NCBI GenBank assembly: GCA_049889655.1
Contig: JBMHCY010000003.1
Span: 1,915-65,914, forward strand
Direction of reading: 5' to 3'
DNA: 64,000 nucleotides
Origin: Candidatus Puniceispirillales bacterium
GTDB lineage: Bacteria; Pseudomonadota; Alphaproteobacteria; Puniceispirillales; UBA1172
Under the pieces are notes generated by a model. It was not told the origin of the DNA. It made no database searches and saw only the letters and a list, made by a program, of their open reading frames with translations. Below are positions 23,876 to 33,801 of the stretch, piece by piece (within the stretch, counting starts at the first letter, position 1; every line of letters begins with the position of its first letter). The translations under genes were made by a program, and so were the position numbers.

Positions 23876-24328
23876 ATGACACCATCACGCGACATTCTTC
23901 TGATCAATGGGCCAAACCTCAATATGCTGGGCAAGCGTGAGGCCTCGATCTACGGCCATGAAACACTGGCCGATATCGAGGACAAATGCACCCAGCAGGC
24001 GAAAGCCCATGGCCTCGGTTGCGTCACTTTCCAATCGAATGACGAGGCGGCGTTGATCGCCCGCATTCATGAAGCGGTGACAGCACCCCCGGCCGGTATT
24101 GTGATCAATGCCGGGGCGTTCACCCATACCTCGATTGCCATCCGTGATGCCCTTGCCATGGTGACCTGCCCGGTGGTCGAAACCCATATTTCAAACATTC
24201 ATGCCAGAGAAGAATTCCGTCACCATTCCTATCTCGCCGGGGTAGCGACCGGCGTCATTGCCGGGTTTGGTGTCTCATCCTATCTCTTGGCCATTGATGC
24301 TGTTGCCGCTATCGTTCTGAAGGAGTAA
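23876..24328 (+). CDS. aroQ: Type II 3-dehydroquinate dehydratase
   Basis: Motifs are LLINGPNLNMLGKRE and INAGAFTHTSIAIRDA. Confidence 0.92.
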   Translation: MTPSRDILLINGPNLNMLGKREASIYGHETLADIEDKCTQQAKAHGLGCVTFQSNDEAALIARIHEAVTAPPAGIVINAGAFTHTSIAIRDALAMVTCPVVETHISNIHAREEFRHHSYLAGVATGVIAGFGVSSYLLAIDAVAAIVLKE

Positions 24329-24331
24329 TTG

Positions 24332-24802
24332 ATGCCGAAATCCCCCGCAGCCGATGCCAAGGCCGTCCAACTTGTCCGTGATCTGACCGATATTCTGGAA
24401 GATGCCGGGCTGGTCGAGCTTGAATACAACACTGAAAATGTCAGCATCCGCCTGTCGAAAGCAGCAGCCATGGCAGCGCCGGTTGCCGCGGCTCCGGCTC
24501 CGGCCCCTGCGGCAGCGGCGGCCCCGGCCCCGGCTGCTGCCCCGGAAGCCGAAGCCGAGATCGATCTGACCAACGCCATCACCTCGCCAATGGTCGGGAC
24601 AGTCTATCTCTCGCCCGAACCGGGGGCCGCGCAATTCGTCAGTGAAGGCGACAGTGTCAAAGCCGGTCAAACGCTGCTGATTGTTGAAGCCATGAAGGTG
24701 ATGAACCCGATCACTGCCCAGAAGGGCGGCGTTGTCCGCAGCATTCTTGTGGGTGACGCCCAACCGGTCGAGTTTGGCGAACCTCTTGTTATCATTGACT
24801 GA
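24332..24802 (+). CDS. accB: Acetyl-CoA carboxylase biotin carboxyl carrier protein
   Basis: It has a Pro/Ala linker and the biotinylation motif EAMKVMN. Confidence 0.92.
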   Translation: MPKSPAADAKAVQLVRDLTDILEDAGLVELEYNTENVSIRLSKAAAMAAPVAAAPAPAPAAAAAPAPAAAPEAEAEIDLTNAITSPMVGTVYLSPEPGAAQFVSEGDSVKAGQTLLIVEAMKVMNPITAQKGGVVRSILVGDAQPVEFGEPLVIID

Positions 24803-24823
24803 TTGCGAGAGAGAGGATACGCC

Positions 24824-26194
24824 ATGATCAAGAAAATCCTGATCGCCAACCGTGGTGACGTGGCCCTCAGGGTTCTGCGTGCCTGCCGTGATATGGGGAT
24901 CGAGACTGTCGCCGTCCATTCAACAGCGGATACCGATGCCATGCATGTGCGGCTGGCCGATGAAAGCGTCTGTATCGGCGAGGCACCCTCACGTGACAGT
25001 TATCTCAATGTGCCTGCGATCATCACCGCTGCGACGATCACCGGGGCTGATGCCATCCATCCCGGGGTCGGGTTCCTTTCCGAGAACGCTGATTTTGCCC
25101 GTGTTGTCGATGCCCATGACCTGACATTCATCGGCCCGCGGATCGAGCACATCATCGCCATGGGGGACAAAGTCGAGGCCAAGCGCACTGCCGCCGAGGC
25201 AGGCCTGCCGCTTGTGCCCGGCTCCGACGGCGCGATCAGCAGCATTGATGAAGCCCGCGCCGTGGCAGAGAAGGTTGGCTATCCGGTTCTTGTCAAGGCC
25301 GCCTCAGGCGGTGGTGGGCGCGGCATGAAGGTGGCCGCAAGCCCCGATGATCTGGCCGAGGCCTATTCATCGGCCCGCAGCGAAGCCAAGGCCGCATTCG
25401 GGGACGACACGGTCTATCTGGAACGCTATCTGGATAACCCGCGGCATATCGAAATTCAGATCATCGCCGACAGCCATGGCAATGTTGCCCATCTCGGTGA
25501 GCGCGAATGTTCGGTTCAGCGGCGACACCAGAAACTGCTCGAAGAAGCCCCCTCGCCTGTGCTGACCCCCAAAGAACGGTCAAGCATCGGTGCGATTGCC
25601 GCCAATGCCGCTGCGAAAATGGGGTATCTTGGCCTCGGGACCATGGAATTTCTCTATGAGAACGGGGAATTCTTCTTCATCGAAATGAACACCCGCCTGC
25701 AGGTGGAACACCCGATCACCGAAGAGATCACCGGCATTGACCTCGTTGAGGAACAGATTCGCATCGCCGCAGGCGAGAAACTCTCCTTCAGCCAGGCTGA
25801 TGTTGAGTTCACCGGTCATGCCATCGAATGCCGGATCAATGCCGAACACCCCGAAACCTTTTTCCCGACGCCGGGCACGGTGGCCAATTTCCACGCCCCG
25901 GGCGGCCCCGGTGTCAGGATGGATAGTTTTCTCTATCCCGGCTATGCGATCCCGCCGCATTACGACAGCCTGATCGCCAAACTGATCGTCCACGGCAAGA
26001 CGCGCGAGCACTGCCTCGCCCGGCTGCGGCGGGCACTTCAGGAATGTATCATCGAGCCGATGCCGACCTCGCTTGATCTGCACCGGAAACTGGTGCTGGA
26101 TGCTGATATCATCAGCGGCGATTACACGATCCGCTGGCTTGAGGAAGATTTCCTCCCCCGCCAGCAGGACCCAAAAGCCCCCGGCACCGAATAG
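24824..26194 (+). CDS. accC: Acetyl-CoA carboxylase biotin carboxylase subunit
   Basis: The start reads MIKKILIANRGDVALR. ATP-grasp motifs are GGGGRGM and EMNTRLQVEHP. Confidence 0.94.
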   Translation: MIKKILIANRGDVALRVLRACRDMGIETVAVHSTADTDAMHVRLADESVCIGEAPSRDSYLNVPAIITAATITGADAIHPGVGFLSENADFARVVDAHDLTFIGPRIEHIIAMGDKVEAKRTAAEAGLPLVPGSDGAISSIDEARAVAEKVGYPVLVKAASGGGGRGMKVAASPDDLAEAYSSARSEAKAAFGDDTVYLERYLDNPRHIEIQIIADSHGNVAHLGERECSVQRRHQKLLEEAPSPVLTPKERSSIGAIAANAAAKMGYLGLGTMEFLYENGEFFFIEMNTRLQVEHPITEEITGIDLVEEQIRIAAGEKLSFSQADVEFTGHAIECRINAEHPETFFPTPGTVANFHAPGGPGVRMDSFLYPGYAIPPHYDSLIAKLIVHGKTREHCLARLRRALQECIIEPMPTSLDLHRKLVLDADIISGDYTIRWLEEDFLPRQQDPKAPGTE

Positions 26195-26265
26195 CCGCCT
26201 TCCGCCAGCAATGTCCCCGGCAGAAACACGCTTGCCGCCATGCACCGCGACAGGCATGATGGGGG

Positions 26266-26934
26266 ATGCACGCGCTGTCGCCGGAAACCCTGATCAAGGC
26301 TTATGCCCTCGGCGTTTTTCCCATGGCCGAACGCCATGATGATGAGCGGATCTTTTTCATCGACCCCGATATGCGGGGCGTCCTGCCCATCACCGGGGCG
26401 GCCATTCCCCGCCGGTTACGCCGCAAGGTGCGGCAGCGGCCTTTTGATGTCACCATCAATACGGCGTTCGATGCGGTGATTGACGGCTGCCGCAGCCTCA
26501 CCGAAAGCCGCAGCGAAAGCTGGATCAACCCGCCGATCCGGCAACTCTACTGCGCCCTGCACCGTCTCGGATTCGGCCATTCGATCGAGGTCTGGGATAC
26601 CGATGAGACGGGCCAGCGGCTGCTGGTTGGCGGGCTTTACGGCGTTGCCCTGGCGGGGGCGTTCTTTGGCGAATCCATGTTTAGCCGGGCCACCGATGCC
26701 TCAAAGATCGCGCTGGTTCATCTGCTTGCCCGGCTCCATGCCGGTGGCTTTACCCTGCTCGACACACAGTTCACCAGCCCCCATCTCGAACAGTTCGGGG
26801 TTAGGGAGATCCCGCGCGAGGATTTTCAGCAAAAACTGCAGCAGGCACTGGCTGTCGATGCCCGAATGCCGCTCGAGGCGGATGATCAAAGCCTCGTTCA
26901 CTCCTTCCTGCAGGACAGGACGGAAATATCGTAA
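26266..26934 (+). CDS. aat: Leucyl/phenylalanyl-tRNA--protein transferase
   Basis: Motifs are LIKAYALGVFPMAE, GGLYGVALAGAFFGESMFS and LLDTQF. Confidence 0.88.
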   Translation: MHALSPETLIKAYALGVFPMAERHDDERIFFIDPDMRGVLPITGAAIPRRLRRKVRQRPFDVTINTAFDAVIDGCRSLTESRSESWINPPIRQLYCALHRLGFGHSIEVWDTDETGQRLLVGGLYGVALAGAFFGESMFSRATDASKIALVHLLARLHAGGFTLLDTQFTSPHLEQFGVREIPREDFQQKLQQALAVDARMPLEADDQSLVHSFLQDRTEIS

Positions 26935-27284
26935 ACCGGGTGTTCAAGCGCGCTGATCGCCGGTGATGACGCAAACATCCATCCCTGAAACAGCGGTTCT
27001 GCCGAAACAACGCCATCATGGTCAACACTGTTGATCGCCATCAGGGCTGCGTGCTCCGGCGGCTCGTCCGGTGACTTGAAGGTGCAGGCATGGATGGTGA
27101 TCATCAAGGCCCCGAACCTTGTCGGGCTCGCAACATCGACATCCAGCCGTGATATCCGAGCGGTGATTTTGTCGAGCCCCTGCAACGTGGCAACATTGCC
27201 CTGCAGCCAATCAGCACGGGCCGGGAACGCCAGACAAACAAGGAGAAACAGAAAGATAACCGGGCGGTGACGGCGATCAGCCAT
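26898..27284 (-). CDS. Small secreted protein, DUF2155-like
   Basis: A signal peptide is present. The gene sits between aat and mlaD, as recalled for alphaproteobacteria. Its 3' end overlaps the aat 3' end by 37 nt. Confidence 0.5.
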   Translation of the reverse strand: MADRRHRPVIFLFLLVCLAFPARADWLQGNVATLQGLDKITARISRLDVDVASPTRFGALMITIHACTFKSPDEPPEHAALMAINSVDHDGVVSAEPLFQGWMFASSPAISALEHPVYDISVLSCRKE

Positions 27285-27729
27285 CGCTGTTGCTGCCTGA
27301 GAAGACAGCCTTGCCCAGAAGGTCGGTGAGGTTCACCGGATCACGGGTATCATAGATCCGGTCACCATCGGCGAGAAGGTCTTCTTCAAAGCCGGGCAGG
27401 ATTTCAATATGGTTGCCGCCGAGCAGCGAACTGGCAACGATGCGGGCTGAACTGTCGGCGGGAAGATTGATCCGCTTGTCGATCGAAACCGTGACCGTGG
27501 CGGCGAAAGTTTCCTCGTTCAGTGCCGTGCTGACGACCTTGCCCACAGTGATCCCCGAGATGCGGACATCATCACCGATCCCGAGCCCACCAATCTTGCC
27601 GAACTCTGCTGAAAGTTGCGTGCCGCTGGAAGACTGGACACCGGTGATGCCATAGGCCAGCCACAGGAAGCCCCCTGCCACCAGCAGCACCACGGCCCCC
27701 ATTACTGTTTCAATCGTGTTGCGTGTCAT
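27277..27729 (-). CDS. mlaD: Outer-membrane lipid asymmetry maintenance protein MlaD (MCE domain)
   Basis: 150 aa with an N-terminal TM helix and an MCE-like core (GIGDDVRISGITVGKV). Confidence 0.8.
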   Translation of the reverse strand: MTRNTIETVMGAVVLLVAGGFLWLAYGITGVQSSSGTQLSAEFGKIGGLGIGDDVRISGITVGKVVSTALNEETFAATVTVSIDKRINLPADSSARIVASSLLGGNHIEILPGFEEDLLADGDRIYDTRDPVNLTDLLGKAVFSGSNSDG

Positions 27730-27750
27730 CGCTTGTCACTTCCGGCAGGT

Positions 27751-28110
27751 CTATTCGGGTTTCCAGGCCTGGTAATCCCCGGTTGCAGCAGGTCTCTGGC
27801 CGCCTTTTTGCAGATGGCCGCGGGGTTTATGGGCGTGGATTGTCCCTGTCAGGTTAGGCAGGTGATCCTGTTGCCAATGGCGCCGCCCGTAACCTTCAGG
27901 TGGCGGCGGGCTGTCTTCGGTGTAGTGGAGCCAGCCATGCCATTCGGGCGGGACTTTGCTGGCCTCCGCCTGGCCGTTATAGATCACAAAACGCTTGAAG
28001 CGGCCGAGCCGCCCCGGTTTGCGGGATACATAATAACGATTGCCGAAAGCATCTTCGCCAACCGCGCGGGCTGTCATGCTGATCATCAGTCGTGATACAA
28101 AATTCAACAC
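27751..28110 (-). CDS. NDUFA12-like protein (NADH:ubiquinone oxidoreductase 17.2-kDa subunit family)
   Basis: Motifs are GEDAFGNRYY and PPEWHGWLHYT, and the protein is 119 aa. Confidence 0.75.
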   Translation of the reverse strand: MLNFVSRLMISMTARAVGEDAFGNRYYVSRKPGRLGRFKRFVIYNGQAEASKVPPEWHGWLHYTEDSPPPPEGYGRRHWQQDHLPNLTGTIHAHKPRGHLQKGGQRPAATGDYQAWKPE

Positions 28111-28268
28111 CGGTCTCCCTTGAACGCCGTATCGGATTCACCCTTCATCAATACCGCATGACCACCTTCTTGGCAACGGCAAGCATGGGGGAAACAGCCC
28201 TGCCGGACGGGCTGCCATAAAAAAATAATATTTTTAACATTTTCTGCCATATTCTCTATTGGATCACA

Positions 28269-28315
28269 CCTCAATATCATGTAGCCTATCTTTGGCTTAA
28301 CACAAGATGTGGGCA
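28269..28315 (+). promoter_or_regulatory. Candidate tandem NrdR boxes upstream of nrdJ
   Basis: Two 16-mers, cctCaAtATcatGtag at 28269 and acaCaAgATgTgGggc at 28300, each match about 10/16 of the recalled NrdR consensus acaCwAtATaTwGtgt. Their starts are 31 nt apart, which is the reported tandem spacing. They lie 75-120 nt upstream of the nrdJ ATG. Confidence 0.3.
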
Positions 28316-28388
28316 AAAACCTGCATCTTATGACTTTTTTATCGCCTGTGAATCGAGTGTTAATTTTGAAAAAACAAAGGACTTAACC

Positions 28389-31300
28389 ATGAAGCTGACG
28401 CGGCACTTTACCCAGAAAAAAACCTCTCCCTACGAGACGATGGAATGGGTTCACGCGACGAGTGAGATCAGAAACCCCGACGGGACAATCGTCTTCCAGG
28501 CTGAGAATGTCGAAGTGCCCGCTCACTTTTCTCAGGTTGCGACCGATATTCTGGCACAGAAGTATTTCCGCAAGGCCGGCATTGCTGCCCGGTTGAAGAA
28601 GGTGGAAGAAAACGCCGTGCCGTCCTGGCTGTGGCGATCGATTCCCGATGAAAAAGCCCTCAAGGACCTGCCCGAAGATGAACGCTATGTCGGTGAGACC
28701 TCCGCCCGTCAGGTCTATGACCGTCTGGCCGGGACCTGGACCTACTGGGGCTGGAAGGGTGGCTATTTCTCAACCGAGGAAGACGCCAAGACCTATTTTG
28801 ATGAAATGCGCTATATGCTGGCAATGCAGATGGCCGCCCCAAATTCACCGCAGTGGTTCAACACCGGTCTGCACTGGGCCTACGGGATCGATGGGGCCGG
28901 ACAGGGTCATTATTATGTCGATTACAAATCCGGCAAACTGACTCGTTCCAAATCCGCTTACGAACACCCGCAGCCCCATGCCTGCTTTATCCAGTCGATC
29001 AGGGATGACCTCGTCAACGAAGGCGGCATCATGGATCTGTGGGTGCGTGAAGCACGGCTCTTTAAATACGGGTCCGGGACAGGCACCAACTTTTCCAGCC
29101 TGCGCGGCGAGAACGAGCCGCTTGCCGGCGGTGGCAAGTCTTCGGGCCTGATGAGTTTCCTGCGGATCGGTGACCGTGCCGCCGGGGCGATCAAATCCGG
29201 CGGGACAACCCGCCGCGCCGCCAAGATGGTCACTGTCGATGTCGACCATCCGGATATCGTCAATTACGTTGACTGGAAAGTGGTCGAGGAACAGAAGGTC
29301 GCGGCGCTTGTGGCCGGGTCCAAACTGGCCAGCCAGCACATGAACACTGTCATGGCGGCCTGCACTGATGAGAGCATCGCCAAGGAAGACCGCTACAGCG
29401 CCAAGACAAACAAGCCGCTGAAGAAGGCCATCCTGGCTGCCCGCAAGGCAATGATCCCCGAAAACTACATCCAGCGGGTGATCCAGTTCGCCGAACAGGG
29501 CTACACCGAAATTCAGTTCCGCACCTATGACACGGACTGGGATTCCGAAGCCTACATGACCGTTGCAGGCCAGAATTCCAACAACTCTGTCCGGGTCTCG
29601 AACGAATTTCTCCAGAAAGTGCTGGATAACAGCGAGTGGGATCTGATCCGCCGGACCGACGGTGAGGTCAGCGAGCGGGTCAATGCCCGTGAACTGTGGG
29701 AAAAGATCGCCTACGCCGCCTGGGCCTGCGCCGATCCGGGCCTGCAGTATGACAGCACCATCAACGAATGGCATACCTGCCCCCAGGGTGGCCGGATCAA
29801 CGCCTCCAACCCGTGTTCGGAATATATGTTCCTTGATGACACGGCCTGTAACCTTGCGTCGCTGAACCTCATGCAGTTCCGCCATGATGACAAGAGTTTC
29901 AATGTTGAGGCCTATATTCATGCCTGCCGGCTGTGGACGATCACGCTGGAAATTTCCGTACTGATGGCACAGTTCCCGTCCAAGGAAATCGCGCAACTGT
30001 CCTATGACTATCGCACCCTTGGCCTCGGCTATGCCAATATCGGCGGTCTGCTGATGGCTGCCGGGCATTCCTATGACAGCGATGAAGGCCGGGCGATCTG
30101 TGCCTCGCTTTCGGCAATCATGACCGGGACAGCCTATGCCACCTCTGCTGAGATTGCAGCCGAACTGGGCACCTTCCCGCGCTTTGACGAAAACCGTGAT
30201 GATATGCTGCGGGTCATGCGTAACCACCGTCTCGCCGCCCATGGTAAGGCCGACGGCTATGAGGGGCTGAGCATCCTGCCGGTTCCGCTCAAGGGTGGTG
30301 ATTGTCCCGATGCCCGTCTGCCGGAAGCCGCAGCCGAGGCCTGGGACAAGGCCCTCGAACTGGGCGAGAAGCACGGCTACCGCAATGCCCAATCAACGGT
30401 GATCGCCCCGACGGGGACAATCGGCCTCGTCATGGATTGTGACACCACCGGGATCGAGCCTGATTTTGCCATCGTCAAGTTCAAGAAACTGGCTGGCGGC
30501 GGCTATTTCAAGATCATCAACCGTGTTGTGCCGGAAGCCCTTGCCAATCTCGGCTACAGCGAAGACCAGACCGACGACATTATCCGTTATGCTGTCGGTC
30601 ACGGCAGTCTTGACCGGTGCCAGTCCGTGAGCATCAACGCGCTCAAGGACAAGGGCTTCACCGATGATGTGCTTGAAAAACTGGCCGGTGCGTTGACCTC
30701 GGCCTTTGATATCAAGTTCGCCTTCAACCGGTTCACCCTCGGCGATGATTTCTGCAAGGATGTGCTCGGTTTCACCGATGCCCAACTGGATGATTTCAAT
30801 TTCGATATGCTCGCCGCCCTTGGCTTCGGCAAGGATGAAATTGAACACGCCAACACCCATGTCTGTGGGGCAATGACGCTTGAAGGGGCGCCGCACCTGA
30901 AAGACGAGCATCTGCCCGTCTTCGATTGCGCCAACCCCTGTGGCCGCCTTGGTAAGCGGTTCCTCAGTGTCGACAGCCACATCACCATGATGGCCGCGGC
31001 CCAGCCGTTCATTTCCGGGGCGATCTCGAAGACGATCAATATGCCGAACAACGCCACGGTCGAGGATTGCGGTGAAGCCTATATGCTTTCCTGGCGTCTC
31101 GGCCTGAAGGCCAACGCGCTCTATCGTGACGGCTCGAAACTCAGCCAGCCTCTTTCAGCCGCACTTGTCGATGAAGAGGATCTGGATGAGATCGAAGAGA
31201 TCATCGAAGCCCCGGCAGCCGCCCAGACAACCCGTGTTGTCGAGAAGATTGTCGAGCGTTTCGTTGCCACCCGCCACAAACTGCCCGACCGCCGCAAGGG

Positions 31301-32006
31301 GTATACCCAGAAGGCGATTGTCGGCGGCCACAAGGTCTATCTGCGGACAGGCGAATACGAAGACGGCAAGATCGGCGAGTTGTTCATCGATATGCACAAG
31401 GAAGGCGCCGCTTTCCGCTCACTGATGAACAATTTCGCCATCGCGGTTTCAATCGGCCTGCAATACGGTGTCCCGCTGGAAGAATATGTCGAGGCCTTCA
31501 CCTTCACGCGGTTCGAACCGCAGGGGATGGTCCAGGGCAACGACATGATCAAGATGTCGACCTCGATCCTTGATTACATCTTCCGTGAACTGGCCATCTC
31601 GTATCTTGACCGGTCCGATCTCGGCCATGTTAACCCTGACGATCTCGATGCCGGAACAACCGGCGGCGGTGAAAGCCAGTCCGATCTGGCCAAGGCGACG
31701 ATCTCATCTGGCTTTGTCCGCAACCGAAATATCGTGATGTTCCGGGCAGCCAATTCCGATGCTGTCGCGGTCGCTGGCGGCGGTGGTGAGGCAACAGCCC
31801 AGGCTGCAACGACTGCAAGTGCGGCTGTGACTTCCGGCATCGCCGAAGCCGATACCGGGGGCAGCGATGTCGCCACCCAGATCAAGCAGGCACGGATGCA
31901 GGGCTATGAAGGTGAGAACTGTTCCGAGTGCGGCAACTTCACCCTTGTCCGCAACGGTACCTGCCTTAAGTGCAACACCTGCGGTTCGACCACAGGCTGC
32001 AGTTAA
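28389..32006 (+). CDS. nrdJ: Adenosylcobalamin-dependent (class II) ribonucleotide reductase
   Basis: 1205 aa. The active-site region is [21 protein letters not shown], and the Cys-rich C-terminal tail is [28 protein letters not shown]. Confidence 0.93.
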   Translation: MKLTRHFTQKKTSPYETMEWVHATSEIRNPDGTIVFQAENVEVPAHFSQVATDILAQKYFRKAGIAARLKKVEENAVPSWLWRSIPDEKALKDLPEDERYVGETSARQVYDRLAGTWTYWGWKGGYFSTEEDAKTYFDEMRYMLAMQMAAPNSPQWFNTGLHWAYGIDGAGQGHYYVDYKSGKLTRSKSAYEHPQPHACFIQSIRDDLVNEGGIMDLWVREARLFKYGSGTGTNFSSLRGENEPLAGGGKSSGLMSFLRIGDRAAGAIKSGGTTRRAAKMVTVDVDHPDIVNYVDWKVVEEQKVAALVAGSKLASQHMNTVMAACTDESIAKEDRYSAKTNKPLKKAILAARKAMIPENYIQRVIQFAEQGYTEIQFRTYDTDWDSEAYMTVAGQNSNNSVRVSNEFLQKVLDNSEWDLIRRTDGEVSERVNARELWEKIAYAAWACADPGLQYDSTINEWHTCPQGGRINASNPCSEYMFLDDTACNLASLNLMQFRHDDKSFNVEAYIHACRLWTITLEISVLMAQFPSKEIAQLSYDYRTLGLGYANIGGLLMAAGHSYDSDEGRAICASLSAIMTGTAYATSAEIAAELGTFPRFDENRDDMLRVMRNHRLAAHGKADGYEGLSILPVPLKGGDCPDARLPEAAAEAWDKALELGEKHGYRNAQSTVIAPTGTIGLVMDCDTTGIEPDFAIVKFKKLAGGGYFKIINRVVPEALANLGYSEDQTDDIIRYAVGHGSLDRCQSVSINALKDKGFTDDVLEKLAGALTSAFDIKFAFNRFTLGDDFCKDVLGFTDAQLDDFNFDMLAALGFGKDEIEHANTHVCGAMTLEGAPHLKDEHLPVFDCANPCGRLGKRFLSVDSHITMMAAAQPFISGAISKTINMPNNATVEDCGEAYMLSWRLGLKANALYRDGSKLSQPLSAALVDEEDLDEIEEIIEAPAAAQTTRVVEKIVERFVATRHKLPDRRKGYTQKAIVGGHKVYLRTGEYEDGKIGELFIDMHKEGAAFRSLMNNFAIAVSIGLQYGVPLEEYVEAFTFTRFEPQGMVQGNDMIKMSTSILDYIFRELAISYLDRSDLGHVNPDDLDAGTTGGGESQSDLAKATISSGFVRNRNIVMFRAANSDAVAVAGGGGEATAQAATTASAAVTSGIAEADTGGSDVATQIKQARMQGYEGENCSECGNFTLVRNGTCLKCNTCGSTTGCS

Positions 32007-32042
32007 GGCTGGACATTGACACGGATCAACGCCTAAATCAGA

Positions 32043-32072
32043 TGGCGAGGGGCAACCCCCCTCGCCATTTTT
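32043..32072 (+). terminator. Rho-independent terminator after nrdJ
   Basis: GGCGAGGGG-caac-CCCCTCGCC is followed by ATTTTTC, about 35 nt after the stop. Confidence 0.75.
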
Positions 32073-32109
32073 CTTGAACCTGGCCACACCACCGCAACAG
32101 GAGATTATC

Positions 32110-32580
32110 ATGGCAGGAAAAATCGATGCACGTCTGGCTGAACTCGGGATTGATATCCCGGATGCTCCGGCACCAGCCGCCAACTATGTGCCCTATGTAA
32201 CCACTGGCAACCTTGTTATCGTTTCCGGCCAGGTGCCGTTCGTTGATGGCAAACTGCGTGTGACCGGCCATATGGGTGATGGCAGCGTGACCGAAGAACA
32301 GGCAATTGCCGAGGCCCGGCAATGCGCGATCAACCTGCTTGCCCAGGTCAAGGTGGCCACCGGCGGTGATCTCGACCGCGTCAAGCGCGTTGTCAAACTC
32401 GGTGGCTTTGTCGCGTCCACCCCTGATTTCACCGGCCAGCCCAAGATTATCAATGGTGCCTCCGACCTGATGGGGGATGTCTTCGGTGAGGCCGGGCAGC
32501 ACGCCCGTTTCGCAGTTGGTGCCAGCGCCCTGCCACTCGGCTGTGTTGTCGAGATCGAAGGTATGTTCGAAATCGAATAA
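32110..32580 (+). CDS. RidA/YjgF-family protein
   Basis: 156 aa from MAGKIDARL, with a family-typical C-terminus (ALPLGCVVEIEGMFEI). Confidence 0.8.
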   Translation: MAGKIDARLAELGIDIPDAPAPAANYVPYVTTGNLVIVSGQVPFVDGKLRVTGHMGDGSVTEEQAIAEARQCAINLLAQVKVATGGDLDRVKRVVKLGGFVASTPDFTGQPKIINGASDLMGDVFGEAGQHARFAVGASALPLGCVVEIEGMFEIE

Positions 32581-32610
32581 TCGCTTGCCAAGGGCGGCAG
32601 CAGCCATAGA

Positions 32611-33801
32611 TTGCAGGTCATGGATGACGATCGCACACCTGCCGCCCCCGCCGACTGGACCATCACCTTTCATGAAAGCATGGCCGCCATTGATGCCGCG
32701 GCCTGGGATCGCTGTGCCGGGGCAGATAACCCCCTGCAAAGCCATGCCCTGCTTGCCGCCATGGAAGACAGCGGTTCCGCCATTGCCGAAACAGGCTGGA
32801 TCCCCCGCCATCTGAGCCTCACCGATACCAGCGGCCGCATCGCCGGGGTGATGCCGTTCTACGTCAAGACCCATTCCTATGGCGAATACGTCTTTGACCA
32901 TGCCTGGGCCAATGCCTGGGCCCGGGCAGGCGGTGATTATTATCCGAAGGGGCAGTCGGCGATCCCGTTTACCCCGGTTCCCGGCCAGCGGCTGATGGTT
33001 GCCCCCGATGCCCCGGGGGAAGCCCGTCTGGCCCTGGCAGAGGGTCTGATCAAGGCCGGGGCGGCGATGGACCTGTCATCCCTGCACATCACCTTCCTTG
33101 AAAGTGATGAGGCCGCTCTTCTGGAGCAATCTGGCAGCGGCTGGATCAGGCGCAAGGGGATGCAGTTCCACTGGCACAATCGCGGCTATGCCGGGTTTGA
33201 TGATTTTCTGGCCACCATGGCCTCACGCAAGCGCAAGACCATGCGTCGCGAACGCCGCAGCCTCGCCGATAACGGTGTCCGCTTCCGTCACCTGAGCGGT
33301 GATGACCTGACCGCCGCTGACTGGGACCGTTTCTATGATTTCTATCTGGCGACGATCGAAAAGAAATGGGGCGGGGCCTACCTCACCCGTGCTTTTTTTG
33401 AGGCCATCAGCGCCACCATGGCGGAAAAGGTGCTGCTGATCATGGCCGAAAAGGATGGCGAGACGATTGCCGGGGCGCTCAATTTCATCGGCACGGATAC
33501 GCTCTACGGGCGCAACTGGGGCAGCCGGGTCGACCTGCCCTTCCTGCATTTCGAGACCTGCTACTATCAGGCGATTGATGCGGCGATTGAGCGGGGGCTT
33601 GAACGGGTTGAGGCCGGAGCCCAGGGGCTGCATAAAGTCCAGCGCGGTTATGAGCCGGTGACGACCTGGTCAAGCCATTATCTCTATCATGAGGGCTTTG
33701 CCGATGCGATCCGGCGGTATACGGCACAGGAAGCCGCGCAGGTCGACCGTGAAGCCGAGGAACTGCGCGGCTGGATGCCCTACCGTCAGGAAGAAATCTA
33801 G
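32611..33801 (+). CDS. DUF482/FemAB-like GNAT-fold acyltransferase family protein (COG3146)
   Basis: 396 aa with conserved blocks YGEYVFDHAWA, YGRNWG and HFETCYYQAID. The family was recognised from memory and the function is unknown. Confidence 0.6.
   Translation: MQVMDDDRTPAAPADWTITFHESMAAIDAAAWDRCAGADNPLQSHALLAAMEDSGSAIAETGWIPRHLSLTDTSGRIAGVMPFYVKTHSYGEYVFDHAWANAWARAGGDYYPKGQSAIPFTPVPGQRLMVAPDAPGEARLALAEGLIKAGAAMDLSSLHITFLESDEAALLEQSGSGWIRRKGMQFHWHNRGYAGFDDFLATMASRKRKTMRRERRSLADNGVRFRHLSGDDLTAADWDRFYDFYLATIEKKWGGAYLTRAFFEAISATMAEKVLLIMAEKDGETIAGALNFIGTDTLYGRNWGSRVDLPFLHFETCYYQAIDAAIERGLERVEAGAQGLHKVQRGYEPVTTWSSHYLYHEGFADAIRRYTAQEAAQVDREAEELRGWMPYRQEEI

Noticed and set aside
24470-24550. 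GC-rich short tandem repetition (GCN/CCG repeats)
   Set aside because: It encodes the normal Pro/Ala flexible linker of AccB and is not a non-coding repeat array.
28180-28235. Possible cobalamin riboswitch upstream of nrdJ (GGGGAAAC ... GCCCTGCCGG segment)
   Set aside because: Only a vague resemblance is present. The GGTG...TCC and GCCACTG core elements and a proper B12 box are missing. B12-mediated repression of a B12-dependent reductase would also make little sense.
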